A DNA stretch of 63,621 nt, the filler included, from Octopus bimaculoides (taxonomy: Eukaryota): the NCBI RefSeq assembly GCF_001194135.2. It is 6 parts of 6 records of this genome, joined end to end, with 100 filler letters (N's around TTAATTAATTAA, not from the genome) between each part and the next. Parts side by side here need not be neighbours in the genome. Positions count along the whole stretch, not along the records: positions 1 to 18,377 come from NC_068992.1; positions 18,478 to 24,234 come from NC_069000.1; positions 24,335 to 32,698 come from NC_069003.1; 3 more parts are not named here. The stretch is one strand, 5' to 3'. Made by a program: the position numbers and the translations under genes. This document shows positions 11,690 through 25,054 of this stretch, in pieces; the stretch's first letter is position 1, and every line of letters starts with the position of its first letter. Under the pieces are notes generated by a model. The model was not told where the DNA came from. It ran no database searches and saw only the letters and a list, made by a program, of their open reading frames with translations.

Positions 11690-12470
11690 TTCCTTGTTCA
11701 GTAACCTTCTCTGCCTGGCTACATCTCTACCCCTGTGGGATACAAGGCCTGCTCTTGATCATCGACAACATCTGCTGTAGGTGGAGCTACTTGATGCGAT
11801 GGAGAAGTGACACTTCCCATGTGCTCTTACATATTCTCTCTGTTATTTCTCCTCAACGAGTGGAATCACAAGTTTCAACAAGTGGTGCCATTCATTACCC
11901 AACAGAGCCTTCTTCTCCTAGGTATAAAGTGGATCAAAGATTCCTCCAGTTTGGTCAGCAAGATATTTCACATGAAATATGTCTCTGGGTTTGTTAAAAC
12001 TATGGCTAAAAAGTCAAGTGAAATCAAAGGATATATATGTCACAATTTTCCTGTGTATATGAATTAAACTCTAGTCTAGTCAGGAAAATATCATTTCAGA
12101 CATTTGTATCTGAATTTGCTGGATTTCTTCATATGTCTCTTCAGCACATCCCAGTATCATAGCCTCTGACCACCATGGCTCCACCGATTTTGACACTGTT
12201 CAGGAGAGAAAACTGTATTTGGGGGACTTGCCCTTCATCCTACAAACATATCCTGCCCAGTGCACCTGAAATAAGGTAATGAGGGTCTGCACACTAACTG
12301 GGCCAGTGTGGCACATGACTTCTACATTGGAAATACAATTCTGCCATCTGATGTGCAAGATGGAGGACAGATAATGAAGTTGGACCTTAATGTGCCGGCA
12401 ATAGAAGACCATGCATTCTATGGCATAGAGAAGACATGGGAGCACTGCAGCACTGTAGAGTTTTATCTTT
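11690..12470 (-). mobile_element. 5'-truncated RTE LINE, RT C-terminus, interrupted at 11931-12121
   Basis: IKLYSAAVLPCLLYAIE...ILHIRWQNCISNVEV...HWAGYVCRM then RSHGGQRL.YWDVLKRHMK. After the insertion it continues to CR.SRAGLVSH. The 5' end abuts (GATA)n. Confidence 0.8.
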
Positions 12471-12475
12471 GATAA

Positions 12476-12517
<42 letters not shown>

Positions 12518-12642
12518 NNNNNNNNNNTAGATAGATAGATAGATAGACAGATAGACAAACAGATAGATAGACAAACAGATAGATTGATAGATGGACAGAT
12601 GGCAAAATAGATAGATTGATAGATAGATAGACAAACAAATAG

Positions 12643-12673
<31 letters not shown>

Positions 12674-12705
12674 GAGAGATTGATAAGTAGATAGATAGAT
12701 AGATA
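12471..12705. repeat. (GATA)n/(GACA)n microsatellite
   Basis: Direct tetranucleotide tandem array with a 10-N gap. Confidence 0.95.
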
Positions 12706-13085
12706 AAATCTGCTTTGTTTACTGATATCCAAATGATGTTTACATGAATTTTAAATAAGGACATTCTGATTTGTTGATGTAATTTAAAAACAAATTCAAT
12801 TCTCAAAATAGTTTCATTCCTAAGTGCAAATGCATTATGTGTCCCAACCCGACTCTTCAATTCTCAACATAATTTCTCAATATTAATATCATCATCATCA
12901 TCGTCATCATCATCATCATCATCATTATTATTATTATTATCATCACAATTCCCACCAATGTCGTGACAAACATCTGAATGATAGCAATGGTTTTTCTCCG
13001 TTTCAAAACCTCGAATCTCAATAAACCATTGCCTTTTTGCTGCTTTGCTAAAAATAGTAATCTGTTTTATACATGGGTGTCATAA

Positions 13086-13310
13086 TTAACTCTTTTGATA
13101 TGAACCAACTTAAGACCACCTCAGGCTCTTACTATGCTGTACCATCCCTTTTAATGTGTTCATATTTAAATTAAAAACCTTCTGTTATGATATTGTTTAG
13201 GAGTCTTTTGTTAAATTATGTTCTGAACACCAGTTTGATAAATGAAATCATTAGTTATTTTAACTAAATCTCTTGAAATTCTCGGTCATTCTCAAAAACA
13301 CCTTAATGAT
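13086..13310. mobile_element. Degenerate piggyBac-type MITE, inverted relative of 2917-3137
   Basis: TTAACTCTTTTGATATGAACC start; patchy similarity to the reverse complement of 2917-3137. Confidence 0.5.
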
Positions 13311-14168
13311 AAGCCCATAGAGTGACTGTTTCATCAGAAATACGCCCATGGCAGGGATATTACTAAAGGCAGCAGTAGCAGTAGCAGCGGCAGCAGCAGC
13401 ATTTTCATTGTGATCATGTTCGTTATAGTCATCATCATCATCATCACCACCACCACCACCACCACCACCACCACCACCACCATCATCATCATCACCATCA
13501 TCACTATCACCATCATCATCACCACCACCACCAAATTGATGCAGTATTGAGATAAGTCTCTTCTTGGTAGCTTCTCAAGTCCAAGAAGGACAATCATGCA
13601 ATATGTTGGTTAAAGCCACTGCAGAGCAATATGAAATGAAGGTTTTTGTTCAAGAACAGACTGCACTACCCACTCTAAGAATTGAAACTACGATCACAGG
13701 TTCGTGAGCACAACACCTTAACAACTAGACTGCATGCTTTCACTATTAAAATAAGCATTAGCATGTGAACAATATACTATTGTAACCTCTCCCGACACAC
13801 AAAAAAAAAATGTTCAAAAAAATTTTGGTTAGGATATATATACTGCTACATCTATGACTATATTGTAGTAAATTCAAAAGAGGTACTAATATTTATGATA
13901 TCGAAAATGGTAATTGTGATAATAGATAATTAGTCTTGTGGAGATTATATAGCTATAACTGTTTTTTTTCCCCCCTTATTTTGATGTTCATAAGATTTAT
14001 TAGAGACTTTTAACTTTTCCTTCTACTTCCAACTTAATAACGTGTCTCTGTTTCATTTTATCTTTATCCATTCTGAACATGGTACATCTATGCACAGACA
14101 CAGAACTACTCATACATGCGTGTGTATGTAAGGATACACACACATGCATACTCATACACATTTATATA

Positions 14169-14206
<38 letters not shown>

Positions 14207-14657
14207 AACATATACACACACACACATATATATATACATATACACATGTAGACATTCATACATATAAACGCATTCACGTGCATATGTCTGTATCTAAGTA
14301 TATATACATATAGGTAAATAGATATAGATATATTGAAAGAAAACAAACATGCTTATGTTATTTATCAAGACACACCCTTGGGGGATAAATATATGTTGAA
14401 AATATATCCATATTGCATATTTTTTTTAATTTTAGCATTTCTTGTATACCTTTGTGTAGTATTTCTCTTTATGCACGGATATCTTAAATCATCAGAACAT
14501 GCTTATATCTGAATGTGTGTGTGTGTATTTGTATGTGTGTGTATGTATGTATATATATATGCTTGTGTGAGTGTATATATATATATATATATATATGTAT
14601 CTGCATGTATGNNNNNNNNNNNNNNNNNNNNNNNNNNNNNTAATTATGGCCACTTAC

Positions 14658-14727
14658 TTCCTTCTGCAAGTCTCAAATTATTTTCTCTTTATTCTCTAAT
14701 GTTCTGATTTTGCTGCAGTTTTCGTCT
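14658..14727 (-). CDS. Candidate exon 3 of an unidentified gene (RRKLQQNQNIRE*, then 31 nt of UTR)
   Basis: Acceptor TGTTGCTACTTTTGCAG and donor GAA|GTAAGT; phase-0 start fits the candidate exon at 15361-15439. No homology recognised. Confidence 0.25.
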
Positions 14728-15360
14728 CTGCAAAAGTAGCAACATCAAACACTTTTTACTTAAGAATAGGAAAAAAATAATAATAATAATAATAAATAAA
14801 TAAATAAAAACAGCCCCCACATATACATATCCTTTCAAGTGAACCAATATATTAAGATTTCTGAAAGTCTTATTACTGTTTCTTTCTTTCCTTCTTTGTT
14901 TTATTATTTTTTTTTTGTCTTTTGTCGTTGATTTTTGTTCTTTTTTTTTTCTTTCAGTTAAATAATTTATGAAGGACTGCTTTTCAAACGGAAATGCACT
15001 GTTGTTACTTTCTCCATTGTAGATTGACTTAGACTTTCTATGACTGATTTCCTGTTCTATTCTACTTTTGAACAACTTCACCACTCTCTTCAAAAACATA
15101 TTCATGAACATGGCAAAAAGTATAAAAGTAAAATAAATAAGTAATAAATATTTAAAAAGAATTAAAACACTTGTTGTCAACAAAGTCCTCCCTTTTCTTA
15201 CCTCTTATCTCTTTATTTCCATTTTTTTTTTTTTTAAAGAAAATAGAAAATTCTTTTCAGGAAATGAATTTATTTGCTATTCATGTATTAATGATGGTCA
15301 TATTTTTATCTTATGGATTTTTATATATTTCATGTCACCATTTGCTTGCTTCTTTCTTAC

Positions 15361-15439
15361 AAAGACATTCATCCATAAGTGGATGCCAACAATAGGATAG
15401 TAGACATTAGGCTCATTAATAACCAATGCATGAATGCAT
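15361..15439 (-). CDS. Candidate internal exon (CIHALVINEPNVYYPIVGIHLWMNVF)
   Basis: Acceptor TTCTCCTCAG, donor TTT|GTAAGA, 79 nt. Only one of the six frames is open across it; non-repetitive context. Confidence 0.35.
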
Positions 15440-16519
15440 CTGAGGAGAATTTCACTTTTTTTTTCCATCTTACATTATTCCTTGTTTCCATACAAATTTA
15501 AATTTCAGCTGAAGTCTTACTGTTCAAATAAACTGAAGAATTTATGTATTTATTTTAATACAAAGCAACTTTGCTCATTTGATGATAAAAATGACTTTTA
15601 TTACTATTTTTACAACCAAAATCAGTGTTTTTGCTTTGAAATTCTGTACAATATTTATCTGAGATAAATTTTGAATGGAATATATAAAATTTTTCTTTTA
15701 GTCCTAAGGAAATATTCTAGAGTAACACCATAATTTTTTTTTTTAGCTGTCCTGACTATAATAATTTAATATTACTTTTATTTTCATAACTTCTTAGTTA
15801 TACATTATTTCTTGTAAAATATACAAACATTTTATTTTGTCAGGCACTTTTTATTAGAGTTTCAATGTAATTACATGTCCTGTTGATAAATATTTAAATT
15901 CACATACACTGCAATATTTCTCTGTTCCACTCCCAAATATATTTGGATAATTATTATCCCAACTGTACACTGATTTCCTTTTTCCTTTCTTTACATTTGT
16001 CTATTACTCTCAGGAGAGATAGGAACTGTTTTAAAATGCTACAGGACAGCAAACATATACACTACAAAGACGTGTCTAAAAAAAGCAGATTTATAAATTT
16101 TTAAATGTTAACAATAATATGAGAAAAACTTTCAATTCAGTATTTTCTTTTAAATTATAGTGTGCAAGAATATTTGTTATTTTTTTCTTCTATAAAGTGA
16201 AATCTTTTTAATGAAAATTCAGACATTTTTACTAAACCATATATTCATAAACTTTATACATGTCTTACCAAAAGTGAAGTATATTAATAATTGACTTTGT
16301 TGGTGCCAAAGAAACTTAATGTATAACATAAATTTGGTACATCTGCATTCTTTCTTTACTTTCTGCTTTACATTCTTTCAACTTTTTACAAGCTTGTATA
16401 AGTGGGACATACAACATAGAGTACAGGCAAATGGTTAACAAGTTTGCCTTGTGATTATGAAATTTCGGATTCAGTCCTTTTGTATTCTGTGAGAAAGAGA
16501 GAGAGAGACCAATTTATAC

Positions 16520-16890
16520 AGAAAGTATTGACATCAGTTGGAAACATTGTAGAAAAAGCACTCATTATTGATCAGTCATAAAGCAGTGTTGCACTTACTT
16601 GATAATGCAAGACCATATGTCACCCCAAAAAAAGATTTTGACACTAAACTTACCAGTTTTTCCTTATCCTCCTTTGTCTCCTAACCTTGGTCAGTCTAAC
16701 TATTATCTTTTCAGATGATCATCGCAACATTATTTAGAAAGAAAACAGTTTATTAATTGTGAAGAAGCTGAAAATGTTATTGAATGTTTATTCATTTTAA
16801 AATTTGAGAAATTTTATGCCAGAGGGATCAACAATTTACCAAATAGAATGGTATTATGTTATCAATAAGGAGAGGAAATATTATAGCATC
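16520..16890 (+). mobile_element. Mariner transposase C-terminal remnant
   Basis: LLDNARPYV and PYPPLSPNLGQSNYYLF, degenerate HDNARPH and HPPYSPDLAPSDYHLF motifs. Confidence 0.7.
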
Positions 16891-17689
16891 TGTTTTAACA
16901 TGCTATAAGATTGCAAATGTATACACTTAGAAGAGGAAAATTGTGAATTTGAAAAATGTTAAAAATAATGAAACAGCTTTCAATTTTCTTTTTGATTAGA
17001 GTGTGTAGAAATTTTGTTATATTGTTGTATGATGTATGATGTATAATTTTTCACTAAACCTCATTGAAATTCTCACCAACTAGTGTTAGTTTTACTTTAA
17101 AGATTTCTAGCCCTGCAGCTTGCAAATATTCATGGGTAAAAAAGATTTATTTTGGTGGAGATAGAAATGAAGCATAAAAGTATATTGACAAACTTTAGAT
17201 TTTTGTTGGTCATCTGGGCAGTTAAATCAACAGAATTAAACCCACACACTATTTTGCGACACATGTAATTGTAAGTTGGTGTGCTAGTCATCGGTAACTT
17301 GCATTTTTTTCTTAAAAGCAGCTAAAGAACAATTTGTTGCTAAACACTGAAACAACACCGGAAATTTAGAAGAGCATATAGGTGATTAACTTATTACCAA
17401 TACTTGATTGGAACTTTATTTTAACAAGCATAAAAGGATGAAAATTTGGCTTCGGAATGGTTTGAAGTCAGTGAAGTAAAGTGGAAGAAGTCAAGTTATG
17501 TGTTTTGGACAGGAACAAAACAAAGCACCATTAGTAAAATAAGAGATGTAAATGTATGCAAATGGTGAGATATAATCTCTATAATTTCAAAGCAACTTAC
17601 AAAGAACATAGTGTGAAAAACACATTAACATTTTAAAAAGCATACCTGAATTATGAAAGATTCTCCAAATTTTGTACATCTCAATATTT

Positions 17690-17848
17690 TCTTACAAAAT
17701 CAACAATAGTGATATATTATTTATCACAGAACAGGTCACAAATACGATGATTAATTTTGATTTTTTATCAATCTGTAATATTGAATACATTATGGATTAT
17801 TTCAAAGAGAAAATAAAATGTGATTACTTTTGGGAGCCAGGTACTGTG
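17690..17848 (+). mobile_element. Tc1/mariner right-end remnant
   Basis: Ends GTGATTACTTTTGGGAGCCAGGTACTGT, a Tc1-like TIR followed by TA. Confidence 0.4.
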
Positions 17849-18088
17849 TAAAAGAAGTATAGTATCTCTGTATTACTGCAAAACTTACTTGAATGTAATT
17901 GACATAGGATATTTATAACGTTGTAGCAAAGCTGTAAAAAGTTGCAAAACTGAAATATTTTTACTCAAGATAATCAGTTTTGCCTCCCATACAACTATAT
18001 ATATGTATGTTTATATTTATGCATCTATGTGTATGCGTGTGTGTATGTGTGTATGTGTGCATGTGTGAGTGTGTGTGTTTGTGTATGC

Positions 18089-18124
<36 letters not shown>

Positions 18125-18421
18125 CTGAGGGTAGCAAAAAGAGTTTAGAAATTCTATTTGCCACCAGTGGTCTAGCAAGAAGAAAAAATTAGTCAATAGA
18201 CTATATATTATTCATTTAAAATACAGTGTAAATTTAAACACATCAGAGATGTCCATAATAGGACATCTAACCTGCTAGAAGGAGCAGTTAAAAACCCCAA
18301 ACCACAAATTAGGGATAATTTCGAGAGGAAATGAAAAATAAAAACATTTGCCTTCTATTTTCCGAACCAATGGTCTCNNNNNNNNNNNNNNNNNNNNNNN
18401 NNNNNNNNNNNNNNNNNNNNN

Positions 18422-18433
18422 TTAATTAATTAA
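18422..18433. other. Assembly linker TTAATTAATTAA (also 24279, 32743, 52563, 61350)
   Basis: The same 12-mer sits centred in ~100-nt N gaps five times and gives stops in all six frames. Confidence 0.95.
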
Positions 18434-18477
18434 NNNNNNNNNNNNNNNNNNNNNNNNNNNNNNNNNNNNNNNNNNNN

Positions 18478-18802
18478 CATTGTCTCTCTACTACCTCTGT
18501 CAAATGAATCACCAAAATTGGCCTTTCATTATTTATAATCTGTACCTGTTTGTTTGGTTATGAAATAAAATACACAAAACGTGTTTCTGAATTACGTGTA
18601 TTTACTTTATATACATATGAGTTGAAAACTTTCTTCTAGCATTCCACTTAATATCTATGTTCCATGCTGGCATGGATTGGAGAGTTATTAATGTAGAAAT
18701 ATGGTATCGTAGCTACTGACAGTTGAGAGTTGCGTAGTCTAGACGGCGTTTTTAGATTTCATTATTCTCTTTAACCCGGGCAACGCCGGGTATTTCCGCT
18801 AG
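18478..18802 (+). mobile_element. Helitron-type 3' end
   Basis: GC-rich hairpin CCCGG-GCAACG-CCGGG (18775-18790) followed 8 nt later by CTAG|T. The 5' part is lost in a gap. Confidence 0.65.
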
Positions 18803-19107
18803 TATATATATATATATATACAAATATATATATACATATTCCTATAGACACAGAGATGTGTGTATGTGTGTGTAATGAATATAACTAGTGTCAATGGTGA
18901 TGCCTAGCTTTACAGACTATCAGAAAAATTCACTTCTCTCATAAAGATGTGCTTTTGTGCAAAATTTCAGATTACTTGGTGCAAAACGGTGACCAGCAAC
19001 TTGGAACATAGTGATATACAGGCATGTATATACACAGACACGTATATATTTATATATATGTATATATTATATTTATATATATATAGATAAATATAATGTA
19101 TATATTT

Positions 19108-19165
<58 letters not shown>

Positions 19166-19730
19166 TATAGGTAGAATCATGAAAAAAGAACTCCATCCAG
19201 TGACAGATAAATATCAATTTAATGCACATTACGAAAGAGAAACTAATAGTTTTATTAGACAGAGATCGCTGTCCTCCCCCTACGAGGGAGGACATGTATA
19301 CAAATACGTATGTGTGCCTATACATATGTATACCTATACACATGTAGGTGTGTATGTGCTGCCATGGCTGTGTGGTTAAGAGGCTCGCTTTGCAACCATG
19401 TGGTTTTGGGTTCAGTCTTAGTATGTGGCACCTTAGGCAAGTGTTTACTTCTATAGACCTTCGTAGAGGGAGGACAAGGATCTTCGTTTTCTTTTTTACA
19501 TTTCCATCTCTGATTCCACTTTTTGCATTAACTTTCCCGTTTTTCTTCTCTTTTTTTTAAAACTTATTTTTTCATTGTCCAGGGTCCTGTCTTAGCAAAT
19601 ATACTTAATGCATAAATAGAGTCTGAAAGATTGTTAGGAGATACATGCCCTGTTTATAAATCTGCCTATTCAACGTATCGTAAAAGCATGAAACTATTAG
19701 CAGCTCATTTTTAATGTGTAATAAGTTGAT

Positions 19731-19811
<81 letters not shown>

Positions 19812-19839
19812 CTTATGATCACGTTCATTCAAGAAGTAT

Positions 19840-20090
19840 GTGATCAGAAGAATAAGAATGCAAAAATGAGAACAGTCGAAGACAAATTAATTACACTCAA
19901 ACAGAAGTTAAAACATATCAGTGAAGCACGCCAGTACAAGAAGAGAGGGACTGAAAGAAAAATAATAAGGAACTCAATTCAAATCAATCAGCTGTATATA
20001 CATGCATGAGGGGACTATCAATATATATTGCAGAAACCCCCTTTTTAGAAAGATACAGATTTATTCAAAATATTAAAAAAAAAAAGCATG
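19840..20090 (+). mobile_element. R4-like retrotransposon fragment, pre-RT region
   Basis: DKLITLKQKLKHISEARQYKKRGTERKIIRN resembles the LKQKLKA...RY.K...R..N region also seen at 32799-32948. Confidence 0.45.
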
Positions 20091-21324
20091 GAAAGATGAT
20101 ATGAAGTTTAACCAGTATACAATGTAGCTTGGGAGAATTTCGAAAGAAGTGTTGCTCCAATTTTAGTGGAGCAGCATAGAGCTTCCATAGTGATTTCCTT
20201 GAGATCGTGACTCAAAAGCACTAGGGCGGGGAGATATGATTTCAGATACTAGTACAAAAATGCTAACATTCTATCGAAAGTATCTTATCGGTTTCTATCA
20301 GAAATTTCTCATGGACATGTAAACATATCAAGCTGGTTGGTGCTGATATAAAAACAAAACTTATACCCTCAAGAAATTCCACACACAAGAAGAAAAGCAA
20401 TCGGTCAAATACATACCTGAAGATAATGTATACAGCTTATCTAATCTTTTCTTCGAAGAATAGATTTAGACTGATTGAAAAGGTTAGTAATGATATCATC
20501 ATAGCTGGTTAAGCAACTGGAAAGAAAGGATTTTGTGCCAGTGCTGACCAGCGTTTTACTAATTAAACTGTGGTGTCAGACGTCCGGCGGGAAATTCAGG
20601 ATAGCTCATAAGAAGACAAAAACACCAACTTAACACGCTGTCTTTTTGCGAACTAACAATGTATTTCATGTGTATGAATGGTATAAAGAATTTTGAACTC
20701 GTTGCATTATTTCCAAAGAATAAATTGATGGAGTTTACTCACGATAAATGTCCCTCAATGGCAGTAAGGGGAGCAGAAAATACAAGCTTATATGGTAACG
20801 TGTCTATCGATATTTCTTATATTAGACGAGAGATATCTAGGAATGAGTAAAAAGTATATCATATGATGGAACTCGTAACAAAGAACGGATAACCAGGTAA
20901 TATAACACTAGATCCACAAATATTTTCGCATGCAATAAATCAGTAACGCACATAAGGAATTATCAACCAGACGCTGCTGATATTTGGTTTATTATTATCA
21001 AAACGCAAAATTCATATTCCACACCAGAATTTACGAGATTACGTGTGAAGTAAACAATCTCTACTTTAAGCAAAAATCAGACAGCAGGGGCTTAACACCA
21101 ATTCTAACAGCCTTTCAGTGTTGAAGTGCATCAAGTCTGCAGACACGAGGTGCCTAATATCAAATTTTTACACAAGGTCAGCAATTTCGAGGGAATGGAT
21201 ACGTTGATTACATTGACCCGTTGCCTTATACGAGGTGCATCATTTTAAGGAAGTTGGGCAAGTGGTCCCGATTGATGATCAAGGATACGTAGTTATGGTT
21301 TAAATGAGTACACACACACATACA

Positions 21325-21357
<33 letters not shown>

Positions 21358-21475
21358 GCATGTATATATACACGATTATATAATACATACGTACAAGCAT
21401 GCATAGATGCATGCAAAGATACATACATGCAGGTATACATGAATGAATACATGCATATATACATGCTAGCATATA

Positions 21476-21681
21476 CAGGGTGCCCCAAAAAGTAGGTTTA
21501 CAGTTATCACGTAGACACTTTAGATTTCTTTTAAAACATTTTATTACATTTAAATTTCTATCTTACAATTAACTAAATTAACATAGTTTCATATTTTTTT
21601 TATAATTAAGATCTAAACTGTTAATATATGAATGCGAAAGAGATAGTTGAATAATTGTAAACCTACTTTTGGGCCACCCTG
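21476..21681. mobile_element. Tc1/mariner MITE
   Basis: TA-CAGGGTGCCCCAAAAAGTAGGTTTACA ... TGTAAACCTACTTTTGGGCCACCCTG-TA. Confidence 0.9.
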
Positions 21682-21824
21682 TAAGTGTGTGTAAATACAA
21701 CGTTGACGTCTAAATTTCAATGAAAGAGCCTTGTTTCTCACTTACAAACCGATTCTTTCTTCACTGACGGGTAAATCGAAAACTAAAACCTGGAGACTAT
21801 ATACATGCATGCATAAAAAAAAAA

Positions 21825-22080
21825 TGACATTTCGTCGATTATGACGACGAGTATACCAGTTGATCCGATCAACGGAACAGCTCGCTCGTGAAATTAATGT
21901 GCAAGTGGCTGAGCACTCCACAAAAGGCGTGCCCTGAACGTAGTTCATTTTTGCCAGCTGAGTGGATGGGAGCAACAATAAAGTGTCTTGCTCAAGGACT
22001 CAACGCGCCACTAGGAATCGAACACACGACCTTACAATCGAAATCCGAATATCCTAATCCATATGCCACGCATCTTCACA
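21825..22080 (-). mobile_element. SINE with family D head and family C 3' module
   Basis: Head has GTGTCTTGCTCAAGGA and GGAATCGAAC. The 3' part (CCAGTTGATCCGATCAACGGAACAG...GTGGCTGAGCACTCCACA) is the reverse complement of 23040-23120. Confidence 0.75.
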
Positions 22081-22081
22081 C

Positions 22082-22340
22082 ATGAATGCATACGTACATA
22101 CATACATACATACATATATACATACATACATACATGCATGCATACATACATACATGCATACATACATGCATGCATACATACATACATACATACACATACA
22201 TACATACATACATACACACACATACATACATACATACATACATACATAAAAACATTCATACATACATACATACATACATACATACATACATACATGCATG
22301 CATGCATGCATACATACACACATACATACATACATACATA
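22082..22340. repeat. (CATA)n microsatellite
   Basis: Direct tetranucleotide array. Confidence 0.95.
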
Positions 22341-22762
22341 GTAGCACAATATTTTTGTTAACTTCTTTAAAAATATTGCTGACAATTTGCAGTTTTCCCT
22401 CTCAACGATTTTTATAATTATTTTTTCTGTGGAAATACAAAAATAATATATCACCGTTGGTTTTCTATCAACTCAATTGTTCCAATCTTTAATGCTTTGA
22501 TTTGCCGTTAATTTTCTGCCTCTTCATTTAATCATTCTTGTCTTCTCACGATTTCAATGAATTAATAATAGACACAAGAGTACTGCTTTAAATATTCAAA
22601 TTCCAATAAATACGATAGCATCTTAATGTGTTGTTTAACCAAAAGTTAGTAAGCGAGTAACTGTTATTACGTCACTGATAATATTGTATTATCAAATTGT
22701 TTCCACATAGATTTACAACTTGTTGTCATGCATTCTTTACAACACCAGTATATACGTAGAAG

Positions 22763-23140
22763 TGGAGGCGCAATGGCCCAGTGGTTAGGGCAGCGAACTC
22801 CCGGTCATAGGAGTGCGGTTTCGATTCTCAGATCGGGCGTTGTGAGTGTTTATTGAGCGAAAACACCTAAAGCACCACGAGGCTCCGGCAGGAGATGGTG
22901 GCGAACCCTGTTGTACTCTTTCACCACAACTTTCTCTCACTCTTCCTGTTTCTGCTGTACCTGTAATTCAAAGGGTCAGCCTTGTCACACTGTGCCACGC
23001 TGAATATCCCCGAGAACTACGTTAAGGCTACACGTGTCTGTGGAGTGCTCAGCCACTTGCACGTTAATTTCACGCGCATGCTGTTCCGTTGATCGGATCA
23101 ACTGGAACCCTCGACGTCGTAAGCGACGGAGTGCCGACAA
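22763..23140 (+). mobile_element. Family C tRNA-derived SINE, full length
   Basis: A-box TGGCCCAGTGG and B-box GGTTTCGATTC in the head; GC-rich conserved 3' module. Confidence 0.8.
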
Positions 23141-23519
23141 TATACGTAGAAACAGACAAGCTCTGTACATACAGAGATACTTCCGCGATGCAGTTTCAAT
23201 TTCAGGTCAATTATAACTCCTCTAACAATATTAGAGTAAAAGGAAGTCACTCTTCATATTTCCCTCCACTAAAAACGTGGTGTATTTGCTTAAAAACAAT
23301 TTATCAGTTATAAATGACGATGCAGAAAATATGATATGATATGATAATACCTTAGATCATAGCCGAGGTCTCGTATAGTTTGTTCCGTTGTCCCTAGAAA
23401 AACAAAAATCTATTAAAGAGAATTTAAAACAATAGACTTCACATTTTATACCAACTTATTTTCTAACGTAGAATATACTAAATGCCATATTCGTCAATCG
23501 TCGCATTATTGGCTTTAAC

Positions 23520-23725
23520 TTTTGGCACAAAGCCAGCAAGTTCTGGAGAAAGAGTAAGAGCCAGCAAGTTCGAGAGATTACGTCGACCCTAGGGTTCAAC
23601 TGATACTTATTTTATCGACCCGAAGGATGAAAGACAAAGTTGTCCTCGGCAGAATTTCAAGCCAGAACGAGAAGACGGATGAAATGCCGCTAAACATTTT
23701 GCCCAGCGTGTTAATGATTCTACCA
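23520..23725 (-). mobile_element. Family B SINE
   Basis: Reverse complement of the 6832-7068 family (ACTTATTTTATCGACCCGAAGGATGAAAG). Confidence 0.8.
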
Positions 23726-23974
23726 ACTCGTAGATTCTACCAACTCGGATATAATATTGTAAAAAGATTTCTGGAAATTCTTCCCAAATTTTATATTTTT
23801 GGATTGAAATTACAAATTCTTCATTTATATTTCACTATACCAAATTATTTTAACGTATATCATCTTCTATGCATGATATTTATGAAGTTATATATCTACA
23901 GATTAAAATGTACATTTGAATGAAAAACAGAGTAATGTTTTTTGGTGTAGAGTAAATGCTGCTTCCTACTCTCT

Positions 23975-23983
23975 ATCTTTCTC

Positions 23984-24019
<36 letters not shown>

Positions 24020-24230
24020 ATACCCTCTCCCCACCCTTTTCTCTTTACCCCTATTTCTCCCTCTCTCTCTCCTCTCTCCTCTTTCTCCCTCTCTCTCCCC
24101 TCTCTCCTCTTTCTCCCTCTCTCTCTTCTCTCTCTCTCCCCGCTCTCCTCTCCCCCTTCTCTCCTCTTTTCTCTTTCCCTCTCTCTTTCTCTCTCTTCCT
24201 CCCTCTCTATTTCTTTCTCTCACACACACC
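23975..24230. repeat. (CT)n-rich polypyrimidine tract
   Basis: Degenerate CT repeats running into a gap. Confidence 0.9.
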
Positions 24231-24334
24231 ATTTNNNNNNNNNNNNNNNNNNNNNNNNNNNNNNNNNNNNNNNNNNNNTTAATTAATTAANNNNNNNNNN
24301 NNNNNNNNNNNNNNNNNNNNNNNNNNNNNNNNNN

Positions 24335-24510
24335 AGCACCCACTACACTCTCTGAGTGGTTGGCGTTAGGAAGGGCATCCAGCTGTAGAAACTCTGCCAA
24401 ATTAGACTGGAGCCTGGTGTTGCCATCCGGTTTCACCAGTCCTCAGTCAAATCGTCCAACCCATGCTAGCATGGAAAGCGGACGTTAAACGATGATGATG
24501 ATGATGATGA
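24335..24510 (+). mobile_element. RTE LINE 3' end with (GAT)n tail
   Basis: GGTTGGCGTTAGGAAGGGCATCCAGC...GCATGGAAAGCGGACGTTAAACGATGATGATG. Confidence 0.8.
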
Positions 24511-25054
24511 TTAGCCACCACTGTTATTGCCACTATCACCACTATTACCACCACCACCACCACCACCATCACCACTACCACCACCACCACACATCACTGT
24601 TATCATTACCACCACCACCCATTACCCATCACTAGCAACATCACCACCACTACCACTACTGCCACTGTTTATCACTGTTACCAAGCCACCCATCCCATCC
24701 CACCACCACCACCACCACCACCACCACAGCATCTGTTAATATTGGTCTCTGATAAGAAATCAAGTGAAGAACACCTGCAATTTTCACCATGACTCAATAG
24801 AATGTTGTCATAGTGTTTGTCCTAATAAACACCAATCCTAACCATTCAGGAATGGTGTGTATAATATGATACATATATCTTCATTTATCACAAATGAAGT
24901 AGAAAAGGTTATTTCCAAAAACTCCACCAAAACAAACAAACGAAAATGTCCACAGAGAAAAATTAATCATCTCTGTCGACTTAGTAAATGGAATGAGTGA
25001 TAAATTCATTAATATCAAACTCAGAGCAGTGAGTTTGACATCACAGTAGCTTAC

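Noticed and set aside
14689-15183. 164-aa minus-strand ORF
   Set aside because: Mostly poly-A/T-derived low complexity; only its last 13 codons are kept as a weak exon candidate.
22763-22840. tRNA gene-like sequences at SINE heads (also 35305 and the family A and B heads)
   Set aside because: They continue into SINE bodies, are multicopy and do not form full cloverleaves.
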